Shown here: positions 39,537-52,577 of the stretch, piece after piece
How positions within the stretch are numbered: the first letter of the stretch is position 1
How the letters are laid out: every line of letters begins with the position of its first letter
Translations under genes and position numbers: made by a program
Source: Octopus vulgaris
Lineage: Eukaryota
Assembly (NCBI GenBank): GCA_951406725.2
Contig: OX597823.1
Location: 99,510,001-99,574,000, forward strand
Direction of reading: 5' to 3'
Length of the DNA: 64,000 nt
Notes under the pieces: generated by a model
What the model was told of the DNA's origin: nothing
The model's database searches: none
What the model saw: the letters and a program-made list of their open reading frames with translations, nothing else

Positions 39537-39858
39537 TGCCAGTGGCACGTAAAAAGCACCATCCGAACGTGGCCGATGCCAGCGCTGCCTTGACTGGCTT
39601 CTGTGCCGGTGGCACATAAAAAGCACCAACCGATCGTGGCCGTTTGCCAGCCTCATCTGGCACCTGTGCCGGTGGCACATAAAAAGCACCCACTACACTC
39701 ACAGAGTGGTTGGCGTTAGGAAGGGCATCCAGCTGTAGAAACACTGCCAGATCAGATTGGTGCCTGGTGCAGCCTCCTAGCTTCCCAGACTCCGGTCGAA
39801 CCGTCCAACCCATGCTAGCACGGAAAACGGATGTTATACGATGATGATGATGATGATG
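39537..39858 (+). mobile_element. RTE-type 3' tail fragment
   Basis: Three gtgccggtggcac.taaaaagcacc units, then ggttggcgttaggaagggcatccagc and (GAT)n. Confidence 0.9.
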
Positions 39859-40364
39859 TTTATATCTAGATTAAATATTAATTGTTATATGAAATTTTTA
39901 AAGTTGGATCCATTATAGTGGCATTGTTTTAGTTGCTGCTTTCTGCCGATGATCTCTCAATAAAATGTCTTATTTGCATTGACTCCTTCATTATCAAGTT
40001 GTTCTTCAGACTTGTTCTTTCCCACTTTCTGTCTCTCAGTGGAAAAACTTCAATGTTGAAGTAAATTTAATCTTTATCTATAACTATTTAGCAGAATATG
40101 GGACACAGGAACTAGTGTTCTTGTGAAACTGATACTGAGCATCAAGCTGTATAATTCTTTGGAATTTCTAAATTATTGGTGGTTTTAGAATCTTTTTTGA
40201 TTCATGTTACGTCAGTTGGCTGCTTTTAATATTGGCCACTGTACTATGTTGTTCAGAAGTTTGTTTATATTCTTAACCTGCTCAAGCCATACACTTTGGA
40301 CACCAGGAATTTCAGAAGTTGAATGTATTGTGCCTCAACTCCTTGCTTCTCCAATGACGTCAGC

Positions 40365-40572
40365 ACTGTGTGTGTCTGTGTTAGTCCCGCCAACATCGCT
40401 TGACAACCGATGCTGGTGTGTTTACATCCCCGTAACTTGGCAGTTCGGCAAAAGAGACTGATAGAATAAGTACTAGGCTTACAAAGAATAAGTCCTGGGG
40501 TCGATTTGCTTAACTTAGGGTGGTGCTCCAGCATGGCAAAAGAGACCGATAGAATAAGTACTAGGCTTACAA
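40365..40572 (+). mobile_element. 3' body of CORE-type SINE family C with internal duplication
   Basis: caacatcgcttgacaaccgatgctggtgtgtttac matches 62978-63012; ggcaaaagagac.gatagaataagtactaggcttacaaaga occurs twice. Confidence 0.8.
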
Positions 40573-42025
40573 AGACCCTCCCGAGTGAAGAATGTACTCC
40601 CCAGCATAGACCAGTCATTAGTGACTTTAGACTCGAGGCCAGAAGGATGCCAAGAAGCAGACCAATCCAAAAAAGGATTTGGAAGTTAAAGAACCCTTCA
40701 CATGGTCAGAGATTTAGGGACATCCTCACCAAGAAATTTGAGGAGAGGGAGGAGGAGCTACAGACCTCAGACATAAGGGTAGCTGGAAATTCCCATGGGA
40801 CAGCTTACTAAGTACCCCAGACCGAGTCTGTGGATGGTGCAAAGTCCCTTCCAGACTTCCGTACTATTCCACCATGTGGTGGTGGAATAGTACGGTAGAC
40901 AAAGCCATTAGAGCAAAGAAACAGACCTGGAAACCCTGGAAGAGTGGAGGTAGCAGGGAACTGTACCATATAACCAAAAGGGAGGCTGGGCGACAGGTAT
41001 ACATAGCCAAGGGAGAGGAAGATAAGAAGTTGGCCAATGTCCCACGGCATGAGGACCAAAGAACTGAAGTATTTTAGACTGTAGGGCAATGTGTGAGAGA
41101 AAATTGTGGTGTCAGAGGAGAGAAATGTGTCTGCATGGATGATGGTACATTTGCTTTTAATGATTCTGAAAAGAAAGAGGCTTGGAGAAGCCATTATGAA
41201 AGACTGCTGAACATGGAGAATGAATGGGAGGAAGAGAGCCTTCCAAATGTTGACTCAGTAGAGGGACCATCTATCCGAATAGACAGCACCCTGGTAGATA
41301 AAGCAATTAAGGGTATGAAGCTTGTAAAAGCCCCTGGCCCATCAGGAATCACTACTGAGATGCTTAAAATATCTGGTGGCATGGGTTATGGCTTAGTCAC
41401 ACGTATTGTGAACCAGGTAGTTCATGATGGAGTCATACCCAATGACTGGTGTAGCAGCACCATAGTCAACTGTTACAAGGGTAAGGGTGATCCCTTAGAT
41501 AGAAATAACTACAGGGGTATCAAACTGCTGGATCAGGTAATGAAGGTCACGGAGAGGGTCATAGCCCAACTAATTAGGGAGAGAATATGCTTAGATGAGA
41601 TGTAGTTTAGTTTTGTCGCAGATAGAAGCACCACTGATGCTATATTCCTGGTACGACAACTGCAGGAGAAATACCTAGCCAAAGATAAACCCCTGTACTT
41701 AGCTTTTGTGGACTTGGAGAAAGCCTTTGACAGGGTCCCCCGATCCCTTATCTCGTGGGTAATGCAGAAACTAGGGATTGATGAACAAAGGCTGTACAGG
41801 CCCTGTACAGAGATGCCATTAGTAAGGTTAGAGTTGGTAATGAGTATAGTGAAGAATTCTGGGTAGAAGTAGGTGTCCACCAAGGATCAGTCTCCAGCCC
41901 CCTCTTATTCATTATAGTCCTCCAGGCGGCAATAACAGAGGTATTCAAAACAGGTTGCCCCTGGGAGATCCTCTATGCTGATGACCTGGCCCTAACAGCA
42001 GAATCGCTACCAGAACTAGAGAAGC
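40573..42025 (+). mobile_element. Internal RTE LINE fragment (end of APE to RT YADD), truncated at both ends
   Basis: [61 protein letters not shown]; collinear with 53300-54765. Confidence 0.93.
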
Positions 42026-42077
42026 AAATATCTTACCACCCAGCAACACCTGCACCTATATGTCTAGCCGCAGACGT

Positions 42078-42124
42078 CTGTTGTTGACAAGGCTGTGGAA
42101 GGCCAAAATCACGTGGTTTGGCAG
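42078..42124 (+). ncRNA. Degenerate hammerhead-like motif, paralog of 23605-23650
   Basis: ctgttg tTGACaA ggct-gtggaa-ggcc aAAA tcacgtgg TT tggcag; downstream atataaacaaa..agtgc is also shared with the 23.5 kb unit. Confidence 0.5.
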
Positions 42125-42747
42125 TTCCAGCAGCTGTAGCAAACAATTCTCATCTGTCAATGATATAAACAAACATGAGTGCTTTCATGCAAGTCCTTAT
42201 GGAGAGGTTCACTCTGGGGAAATAATGCAGTATTCTGTGTTCTAAGACAATATCCACTTTAAGTGGGATACACACACATAACATGTAGATATATATATAT
42301 ATATATATACTATATGTGGTCATTGGTAGTTATGGCCAATCAGAAAGTCATCATTGGTTTCACATCTACTTTTGCACCTAGCAAGAGAATATCTGATGAC
42401 TCAAAGTTTAGTAACAGAAGTAGCTGCTTTTTCTAAGATGAATTAAAGGCAATTCTATAGAAAATATAAAAATTGGATGGAATGCTATAAGCAAAAGGAG
42501 AAAGACCTTTGTTCATAATTTAAATTTACACATTAGATTTAACTTTGTTTTTCTTTATCTGGGTGATTTGAGAAATGAAGTCAATACAACAAAGATAAAG
42601 AAATTTAGATTATATATATATAAGTTGCTTCCAGGATGCAATAATCCTGTATTTATACAAAACACCATATCCCAGATGACATAACCATTCTGCATTTTAT
42701 TATTATTGGTTTGTTTATGAACTTGGACTTATTTTACGAATGGTTCT

Positions 42748-42975
42748 TTAACTCTTTTGACACTTGCCCATCTGAAACTCTCCTGGTTCTTTGACACAAA
42801 CTTCTTGCTTTAAAATGATCTAAATTAAAATGTTCCCTCCAAATTTTATATTAATTCTGTTCCATATGCCAGCTAAATATTGACAATGGTATCTTGCTAA
42901 ATTGTTCATGGTTTCCAAAATGAAATGAAACAAAGTCAGAGTATTTAAACAGAAATATAGTAACTAGAGAATTAA
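42748..42975. mobile_element. TTAA-bounded MITE, second copy
   Basis: Collinear with 32633-32862. Confidence 0.55.
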
Positions 42976-45900
42976 ATATGATTATTTTCCCAATCCTTTT
43001 TTAGCTTCCAAATAGTTTTAAGTTTATGATGGTTGACATTGGTGCATGTTGGAGATTTTTTATTTTTTAAATCCAAAGCTTAAAGCTTGCAATGACCTCC
43101 TGTAACTCCAGTAAAATTGTTGGGAAAAACAGAAACTCATATTACAATCACATAAAATTAATGATGATGTCAGCAATTCTCTCAAAGCATTCATTTCTAA
43201 TTTATTCTGAACATTTTTTAGTCTGATCCCTTCCTAATGTTTTCCAGCATTCAACTCTCAATTCTTTCTGGACCTAAATATTTTTCTAGTCCCTAGTTCT
43301 CTTCTAGTTCGTTAAATCTTAATTAGATTTGCAATGAAAATTTTCTCTTCTATGCAATTAATTCCTGTTTTTAGCAATTTTCCTTTCAATTGTATTTTTT
43401 AAAAATAAATTTTAAAATTTAATCTTTCCTAATTTAGTTTGTCAATTTATGATCTTTCAAAATTTTTAATAATTTTACATTGACCCTAATGTAATAATTG
43501 GTAATTTGATCATACCCCGGAATTGCTTTCTATTTAATTTCTGGAAGCAGATATAACTTCTCAGTTTTTTTCTCATATGTATAGTTTTTCAATGGACTTA
43601 TAATATTTCCTTACACGAAAATTTATTATAGTGTTTCACCCTTTTTTCTTCACAATTTCTTTGTTGCAAAGTCTAAGGAATTAAAAAACTTAACACATTA
43701 ATACAAAATAGAAACAACAGTTTCATTCAGTAACATAGCTGGCATTGAATGTAATATAATTCTTTCTGTGTATCAGACATGAAAAGTGGGTCACCACCCT
43801 AAAATATGCTAAATTTGTATTGAATCTATCACTATCTCTGCACGAAATAAAGTGGTTGTCAGAAAAAGTAAAAACAAGAAAGGAAAAATAATTCATTTTA
43901 ATGCTTACAACTTCTCTGGAATTTCTGAGTATAGTGTTTTGAATATTGTTTTACTGTATTTTTATTATTGAAAAAAAGTTTAAGTCAACAGTGTTATAAC
44001 TTTCTCCTTTGTGTATAATTTTAGCGATAACATTTTTAATGAATTGTTCTGAATAAAAATTTATAGAATATTGTTAATAACTTGACATTTTTCTTTCAAT
44101 TCATTTTTTTTTTTCACTTAAAATTTAGATTTCCTTCATAAATATGTTAAATGATTATGAAAATTAGAACATTAGCTGAAGTTACTGGAGCAAGCATTTT
44201 AGGGTTTTAATGTTTCCAATTGGTGGCCATAACTATGTCACTGACACTGGTGTCATCCTCTTCCCCACCCCCAATACCATCATCACCATCATCATTAACT
44301 TTGTTGTGATTGTTATCCACGTTGTAATTGTTTTAACTTACACTTTTCTATGCTGGCATGGATCAACAAAATTCATTAATTTTCTACAGTCAGATGCTCT
44401 TCTTGGTGCCAACTGCCACCTGTCTTCAGGCAAGATGTTTGCCCTAATCTGGACATGTTTACATAGACCTCCAAACTAATGTCTGATAAAATCAGCACAG
44501 TTCGAAACCAAGAACACATACACAAGCTTTACCCCTAATCTCCTGGAATAAAGCCACCTTTCTCAGGAATTGTACTTTTGCAAGCTGCATGGTGACCTCA
44601 CTAGTACCGGAAAAGCCAAAAATCAGAGCTTGAGACAAGAAGACACTTTCAACCAATCAGAATTCAGTTTACATAATCAGTTTGATTGGTTACCTTCCTC
44701 TGTCAGTTGAGTAAAGTGTCATTCAAGCTGATGCTTATTGGTAATTAAACTTAATTTGCAACACTTGTGCAGATTTATCAGCTTTGTTTTTGTTGATAAG
44801 AATTATCAACAACTTTTCCTGTGATCATGATTTGAGAAGACTTACAGAAGTATACTAAAGATAGGACATAATGTCTTGTGGGCAAAAAATGTAAAATAAA
44901 GTTTATCATAAATAACACAAACACTTTGTATTATAAATAATGCAAACACTTCATAATAGCATTCAATGTCAATGTGATACCTGTTAAACAGAAATTATTT
45001 TCATTTTATGAAAATTTAATAAAATCTAATCATAAGTAAGTGAAATTATGCTAAATACAACTAAACTGAAAACCTTTTCCTCCTGGCTGTATTGGCAATT
45101 CTGAAAACTTTTAGGTGTGAATTTTATACTAGTAGAAGCTTTTTTATCCTGAAAATCACCTGTGTAAATTACACAGGTACGCAAATTACATGGGTTTTTG
45201 CGGTATATAATAATCATATATAAGTATATTAAAATTCTAGTTAGATAAACAAAAAGCAAAATCGGAAAATTATTCAACAAAAGAAGCAGTGGTTATGCAT
45301 GAAATATGAACATTTAAGAAAATTAGCTCTAGGGTTGGTAGCTATGCTTGGCCTTGTCACTAGAGTTTCAACCAGGAATTATGCAGAAGTCAAACTTCTC
45401 TAATCAGCAGGTGGGCAAACTGTGTATAATTAATTAGCATTTCATTACTTTGATGTGTTGAGCTCTAAGATCCCTTTTGACACAAAAGTTTAACTTTACT
45501 TGGAAATAGATGAGAGTTGGTGACAGGAAGAGCATCTGACAGAAAATTTGCTTCAGAGAATTCCATCTGACTTATGCAAGCATTGGAAAGTGGATGTTAA
45601 ATCAATGATGATGATACTTGTGTCCTTTCGGGGGGCTTTTGATCTGCTTGATCCTTTGAACTTGTATGCTTCAGGGTAGTTTAATACCTTCTGAAATTAG
45701 TGTTGGATAAAAAGGAAAAGGAATGCCTCAAGAATCTAAACTGGTGTTTCAAGCACTTTAAACGTTGTCAGACTATTTAAGCTCCTATGTAATTGCTTTA
45801 AATGCACTGAGTGAAGTGCATCCCGACTTCAGCCGCATACAATCTCATTTACAATTTTGAAAAAGTAATTTTATATTCAATAACCAACACATGAAGAAAT

Positions 45901-46187
45901 TAAAACCTCATATCACAAATCTGAATAGGATTATTATAAACTGACTTTATTTAGTTCTCATTCTTTCAGAGAAAACCAGGATCTGCTTCATATTTATTTC
46001 ACACTTTTAACCAAAATTATTCACATATCTTATTAAATTCACATAAAACATATATTTATTTCTTCTTCCCAGCTTTCTTTCTAGAGATGTCCTAATTTGC
46101 TCTCCAAAATAAGAGAGTGTCTCATTCAATTACAGTTTTTGCTTCCTTTTTAACTACAAGTCACATTTCTGGATGATGATGATGATG

Positions 46188-46600
46188 ATCATCATCATCA
46201 TCGTTTAGCGTCCGTTTTCCATGCTAGCATGGGTTGGACGGTTCTACTGGGGTCTGTGAAGCCAGAAGGCTTCATCAGGCCCAGTCAAATCTGGCAGTGT
46301 TTCTACGGCTGGATGCCCTTCCTAACGCCAACCACTCCATGAGTGTAGTGGGTGCTTTCTCCGTGCCACCCGCACAGGTGCCAGACAGAGCTGGCAAACG
46401 GCCACGAACGGATGGTGATTTTTATGTGCCACCGGCACGGGGGCCAGGCGAGGCTGGCAATGGACACGAACGGATGGTGCTTTTTACGTGCCACCGGCAT
46501 GAGGCCAGTCGGGACGGCGCTGGTAACGGTCGCGAAACGGAAGGTTCTCTTACATGCCACCGGCACTGGTAACACATCTGCAATTTCCATTGATCGATTT
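46188..46600 (-). mobile_element. RTE 3' UTR fragment
   Basis: Near-identical reverse complement of 55830-56177, with one extra internal unit. Confidence 0.92.
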
Positions 46601-47584
46601 CGATTAATTCAATGATTTTGATGAGTTTCTAAATTTTTTATTCTTACTAAGTACTAGATTTAGAAATTGTGCCTGCTATCACAGTCACTGTTCTAACACT
46701 CATCACCCAATTCTTTACCCAAAATATGTGCTTTGCATATCCATCATCATTTTTAAATGAAAATAACTATTTTATCAACCAGTCATAATAAACATACATT
46801 CGTTATATTTCTTGACTAGATCTCACCAATAAATATCATCTCACTTTTGGAATCATTGCAATTTGATAAATGATGATTGTTTAAATATCAATAATTGCTT
46901 GATCATTATCATGGCTACTATTTCAATATAACATCTTCTCTTGTATCCTTCAGAGTGACCATTATTTAAATTATGTGTCAATGTGGCTAAATATCATCAC
47001 ACTCAAAATGTACGAACTATCACTTTACACTGATGCCTAAAATGTTTTTAACTATTGGTAAGATTTTACACTAGAAATTAACTCACTCTAGTCTTTACAC
47101 ACCAAGGCATTGGTAATAGTGCAGTGGATTTTTGATTCTAACTCAGTACCTTACTATTCTAAAACTAAATATCACATATTTGACTTTGCCAATTATTCTT
47201 TGAGATTAGGTACCATTAATAACAACTACTCACTAAATATTTCATTCATTCAAAATTAAAACTATTTCTTCGGTAGTGTTTTCTTCTCTGAAAATAAAAG
47301 AAGTGTAAAGATTTCCTAGAATGAGTGAGTGATGCTTCCTGACTGACTGAAGAGAGACTCATGGACAATGACTTGATCAACATGACTGAGGTTAGTTTTG
47401 AACCTATTTCTATTTCCGCTCCAAACTTGAATTATTCTAGCTTTTGAATTTAATATTAAAAACTATGAGAAAACCACATCTTGTGAAACTCTTGGTAGGT
47501 AGTACAATACTAACCTTAAATGCATATGTATACTTTGTGGCTGATTGAGTGGGTGTTGTTAGTTTATTTGTTTTTCAAATGGAA

Positions 47585-47852
47585 ATTGTAGTTGTGACCC
47601 CTGTGCTGGTAGCACGTAAAAAGCACCATCCGATCATGGTCGATGCCAGCTCCTCTCTGGCCCTTGTGCTGGTGGCATGTAACAAGCACCCACTACACTC
47701 TCAGAGTGGTTGGTATTAGGAAGGGCATCCAGCTGTAGAAACACTGCCAGATCAGATTGGAGCCTGGTGCAGCCTCCTAGCTTCCCAGACCATAGTTGAA
47801 CCGTCCAACCCATGCCAGCATGGAAAATGGATGTTAAACGATGATGATGATG
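47585..47852 (+). mobile_element. RTE-type 3' tail fragment
   Basis: Same motifs and (GAT)n end. Confidence 0.9.
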
Positions 47853-48350
47853 AATTTTAGACATAATATACATAAGTGAAATCCTCACACAGGCATACAT
47901 ATTTATACTGTTCCCTTTTCTAGTTACTATATAACTATATTTGCAATTTGTAAAGATTAGTTATGCTTGAAGCAAGTTATTCTTACATTTTCCCACCATA
48001 GAGAAAAATAAAATAAAAATCAAACTTCAACATTATTAAATATGCTTCATTGAATTAAATAGAACCATGTAATGTGCTTAATTTGTATGAAAATTTTGTC
48101 ATATCACATTATGATGCAGCTGTAAGCTGCAGTTGACTGAAATTTAAAAAAATCAAGAGAAAAGCACCCTGGGAATCTGAGGCAGTCATTGACAAATGTG
48201 AAAATATTAGAAATTAATCCATCTGAAACACATGAAGCTTTCAAAAGGAAAGCCATGGCAAATTTATGAAAGCACAAAAATTGCTCATTGATTATAAATA
48301 GAATAACAAAACTATATTCAGTAAATGATTAACCTCTTAGCACAATATGG

Positions 48351-48880
48351 AGATAATCAACTGTCCCCTTTGGATAATCAACTATCGCCTTTGATGATTA
48401 ACTGTCCTTTTTGAATAATCAAATGTCCTCTTTACATAATGAACTGTCCTCTTTACATAATTGAGTTTTCTCTTTAGATAATTAACTATTGTCTTAGATG
48501 ATCAAATGTACCCTTTAGATAATCAACTGTCCTTTTGGGATAATCAACTATCGTCTTAGATGATCATGTGTACTCTTTGAATAATCAACTGTCCTCTTTA
48601 CATAATCAACTGTCCTCTTTAGATAAACGACTGCCCACTTTATATAATACATTGTCCTCTTTACATAGTCAACTGGACTCTTTAGATAGTCAACTGTCCT
48701 CTTTAGATTGACTGTCCTCTCTTGATAATTGACTGTCCCCTTTAGATAACTGTCCACTTTATATAATCAACTATTGTCTTAAATGATCAACTGTCCTCTC
48801 TTGATAATCCATTGTCCTCTCTTAATAGTTGACTGTCCTCTTTAGATAGTCAACTGTCCTCTTCATATAGTCGGTTGTCT
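48351..48880. repeat. 21 bp minisatellite, about 25 diverged units
   Basis: Consensus gataatcaactgtcctcttta repeated in tandem without spacers; gives the KRTVDYL heptad ORF on the minus strand. Confidence 0.93.
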
Positions 48881-49241
48881 TTTTCAGCAAGGCAGCCTAT
48901 TAATGAAATCAATGAGCAGAAAATGACAAAAATGGCAACACCAAATCAGCAGGATAATATCAACAAATGGAAGAATGACTTTGAGAGTCTTGTTTGGAAA
49001 CGGCCAATCCCGTCTGTTGGTTCTCATTGGTAACAATTATTACATATGTGATTTGTGATATGTTTCATCTTTTATTCATTTCAGTCATTTAACCATAACA
49101 TTGCTGGAGACCACCTACAAAGTAGGACTGGTCACTTCTGGTGCTTTAAAATCAGTTACTTATTCTATTGGTCCCTTTTGCTGAACCACTCAGTTACAGG
49201 GACATGAACAAACCAATACCGGTTATGAAGACACAAAGACA

Positions 49242-49312
<71 letters not shown>

Positions 49313-49769
49313 TTCCATATTCATTATTAGTTATGGATGCAGTATTATTTCAAAACAGCTTTTTCTATATATCCTATTTGATGCAGATATAATCTATAAG
49401 AACCCACACGAATGTGGTATTTGCCTTGAGAAAGATAAATAGATTATGCTAAAAACCACAGAATATTTGTAGCCAACAAAAATTGTCTAGCAGTAGTGGT
49501 GGGATTGTTAAATCCAGATTTCTGCATATTTGCATATCATCAGTTGCAAGCATCCACCAGCAAGCACGTGCTTAGACAAATCTAGCCTCGCCTGACAGAG
49601 AAAAAACAATGATAGGCAAATGGCTGGCAGGCAGAAGTAAAAATTCATTATTAGTGACGGAAGCAGTATGATTTTGACATAGCATTTTGGGTTTCTTACT
49701 TTATGTGAATATATCATGGAAAGCCACACAACTGTGGTATTTGTATGAAAAAAAAAGAGCACCTGATAT

Positions 49770-49773
49770 ATAA

Positions 49774-49839
<66 letters not shown>

Positions 49840-49896
49840 TAATATTATAATATGTATATGCATGTATGTATGCATGTATGTGTATGTATGGATGTG

Positions 49897-49929
<33 letters not shown>

Positions 49930-50167
49930 ATGTGTGTGTGTGTATAAATATATATATATTTGTGTGTATGTGTGTGTATATATATATATATGTGTGTGTG
50001 TGTGGGTGTATGTGTGTGTATATATATATATGTGTGTGTTAGTGTGTGTATGTGTATATATATATGTATGTGTATATATATGTATATGTATGTGTATATA
50101 TATATATATATATATGTATGTGTATATATATGTGTATGTATGAGTGTATATATATATATATATAAAA
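49770..50167. repeat. Compound TA/TG microsatellite (left edge of the TE cluster)
   Basis: Directly visible. Confidence 0.95.
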
Positions 50168-50398
50168 GGCGGCGAGCTTGCAGAAATGTTAGCACACCAG
50201 GCTAAATGCGTAGCCGTATTTCGTCTGCTGCTACGTTCTGAGTTCAAATTCTGCCGAGGTCAACTTTGCCTTTCATCCTTTCGGGGTCGATAAATTAAGT
50301 ACCAGTTACACACTGGGGTCGATGTAATCGACTTAATCCTTTTGTCTGTCCTTGTTTGTCCCCTCTATGTTTAGCCCCTTGTGGGTAGTAAAGAAATA
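50168..50398 (+). mobile_element. SINE family A, full length
   Basis: Collinear with 23134-23364. Confidence 0.92.
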
Positions 50399-50511
50399 AT
50401 ATATATATATATATATGTGCATGTATATATATGTATGCATGTATGTGCATATATATATATATGTATGTGAGTGTGTGTATATATATATGTATGTGTATAT
50501 ATATATATGTA

Positions 50512-50552
<41 letters not shown>

Positions 50553-50554
<2 letters not shown>

Positions 50555-52270
50555 CATCATCATCATCATCATCATCATCATTTAACATCTGCTTTCCATG
50601 CTAGCATGGGTTGGACAGTTCAACTGGGGTCTGCACCAGGCCCAGTATGATCTGGCAGTGTTTCTACAGCTGGATGCCCTTCCTAACGCCAACCACTTCG
50701 TGAGTGTAATGGGTGCTTTTTACGTACCACCGGCACGGAGGCCAGTCGGTGTGGCACTGGCTACAGCCACGTTCGGATGGTTCCCTTACTTTCCACTGGC
50801 ACTGGTATCACAGCTACAATTTGCATTGATGTTGATCGATTTTGATTTTGATTTCGATTTTGATTTTCATTCTGATTTCTCACTTGCCTCAACAGGTCTT
50901 CACAAGCTGAGATTTTTTGTCCCAAGAAGGAAAGGTATGCATAAGTGGATTGGCTACATCCAAGGTAGAGGCCATAGGTTATGGTCTCACTTGTCCTGCC
51001 GGGTCTTCTCACGCACAGCATACTTCCAAAGGTCTCAGTCTCTAGTCATTTCCTCGGTGAGACCTAAAGTTTGAAGGTCGTGCTTCACCACCTCATCCCA
51101 TGTTTTCCTGGGTCTACCTCATCCACAGGTTTCCTCAACCGCTAGGGTGTGGCACTTTTTCACACAACTGTCTTCATCCATTCTCGCCACATGACCATAC
51201 CAGTGCAAACGTCTCTCTTGCACGCCAAAACTGATGCTTCTAAGGTCCAACTTTTCTCTCAAGGTACTTGCACTCTGTCGAGTATGAACACTGACATTAC
51301 ACATCCATCGGAGCATACTGGCTTCATTTTTTGCGAGCTTACGCATATCCTCAGCAGTCACGGCCCATGTTTCACTGCCATGTAGCATAGCTGTTCGTAC
51401 ACATGCATCATACAATCTGCCTTTTACTCTGAGTGAGAGGCCTTTAGTCACCAGCAGAGGTAAGAGCTCTCTGAACTTTGCCCAGGTTATTCTTACTCTA
51501 GCAGTTACACTTTCAGCGCACCCACCCCCGCTACTGACTTGGTCACCTAGGTAACGGAAGCTATCAACTATTTCTAGTTTTTCTCCCTGGAATGTGGCGG
51601 AAGTTGGTCTCTACGTATTTTCAGTGTTTATTGCTCCTGAGCATCTGCCACATACAAAAACTATCTTCCTAGTTAGCCTTCCTTTGACATTGCTGCACCT
51701 CTTATGTGTCCATAGCTTACAATTGGTGCATCTTATAGAGTTTCTACCTATGCCTTTTCTACAGACCGAGTAGGGCCACCTACCTGAAGGCGTTTGTGAT
51801 TTGTCTACCTTCCTACTTATTAGAACTTTGGTTTTGGCTAGGCTGACTCTAAGGCCCTTCGATTCTAATCCTTGCTTCCATACCTGAAACTTCTCCTCCA
51901 GTTCTGATAGTGACTCAGCAATTAGAACAAGGTCATCAGCATAGAGGAGCTTCCAGGGGCATCCTGTCTTGAATTCCTCCGTTATTGCCTGGAGGACTAT
52001 CATAAATAGGAGGAGGCTGAGGACTGAGCCTTCGGGGACCCCTATCTCTACCCGGAATTCTTCACTGTACTTTTGCCAACCCTCACCTTACTAACAGCAT
52101 CCCTGTACATGGCTCGCACAGCTCTCACTAACCACTCATCTATCCCTTGTTTCCTCATTGACCACCAGATAAGGGATCGGGGGAACCCTGTCAAAGGCTT
52201 TCTCCATGTCAATAAAAGCCAGGTACAGAGGTTTATCTTTGGCTAGGTATTTCTCTTGCAGCTGTCTTAC
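50553..52270 (-). mobile_element. 5'-truncated RTE LINE (RT C-terminal half, 3' UTR, (GAT)n)
   Basis: ORFs 52136-52432, 51611-52003 (LYADD) and 51119-51451; reverse complement of 54382-56177. Confidence 0.96.
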
Positions 52271-52277
52271 GTATGTG

Positions 52278-52313
<36 letters not shown>

Positions 52314-52359
52314 TGTATGTATGTATGTATGTATGTATGTGTGTATATATATATAAGTA

Positions 52360-52424
<65 letters not shown>

Positions 52425-52538
52425 GAATGCATGCATATATATTATATGTATGTATTTATGTGTATATATTTATATGTATGTATGTTTTTATATACATATG
52501 TATGTATGTGTGTGTGTATATATATATATATGTATGTG

Positions 52539-52570
<32 letters not shown>

Positions 52571-52577
52571 CATATAT

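Noticed and set aside
46172-46202. (GAT)n(CAT)n palindrome
   Set aside because: Simple juxtaposition of an RTE tail with a complementary trinucleotide run; low complexity.
48351-48880. CRISPR-like or coding heptad repeat
   Set aside because: Units are contiguous with no unique spacers, there are no cas genes, and the context is eukaryotic; the ORF is a by-product of the 21 bp period.
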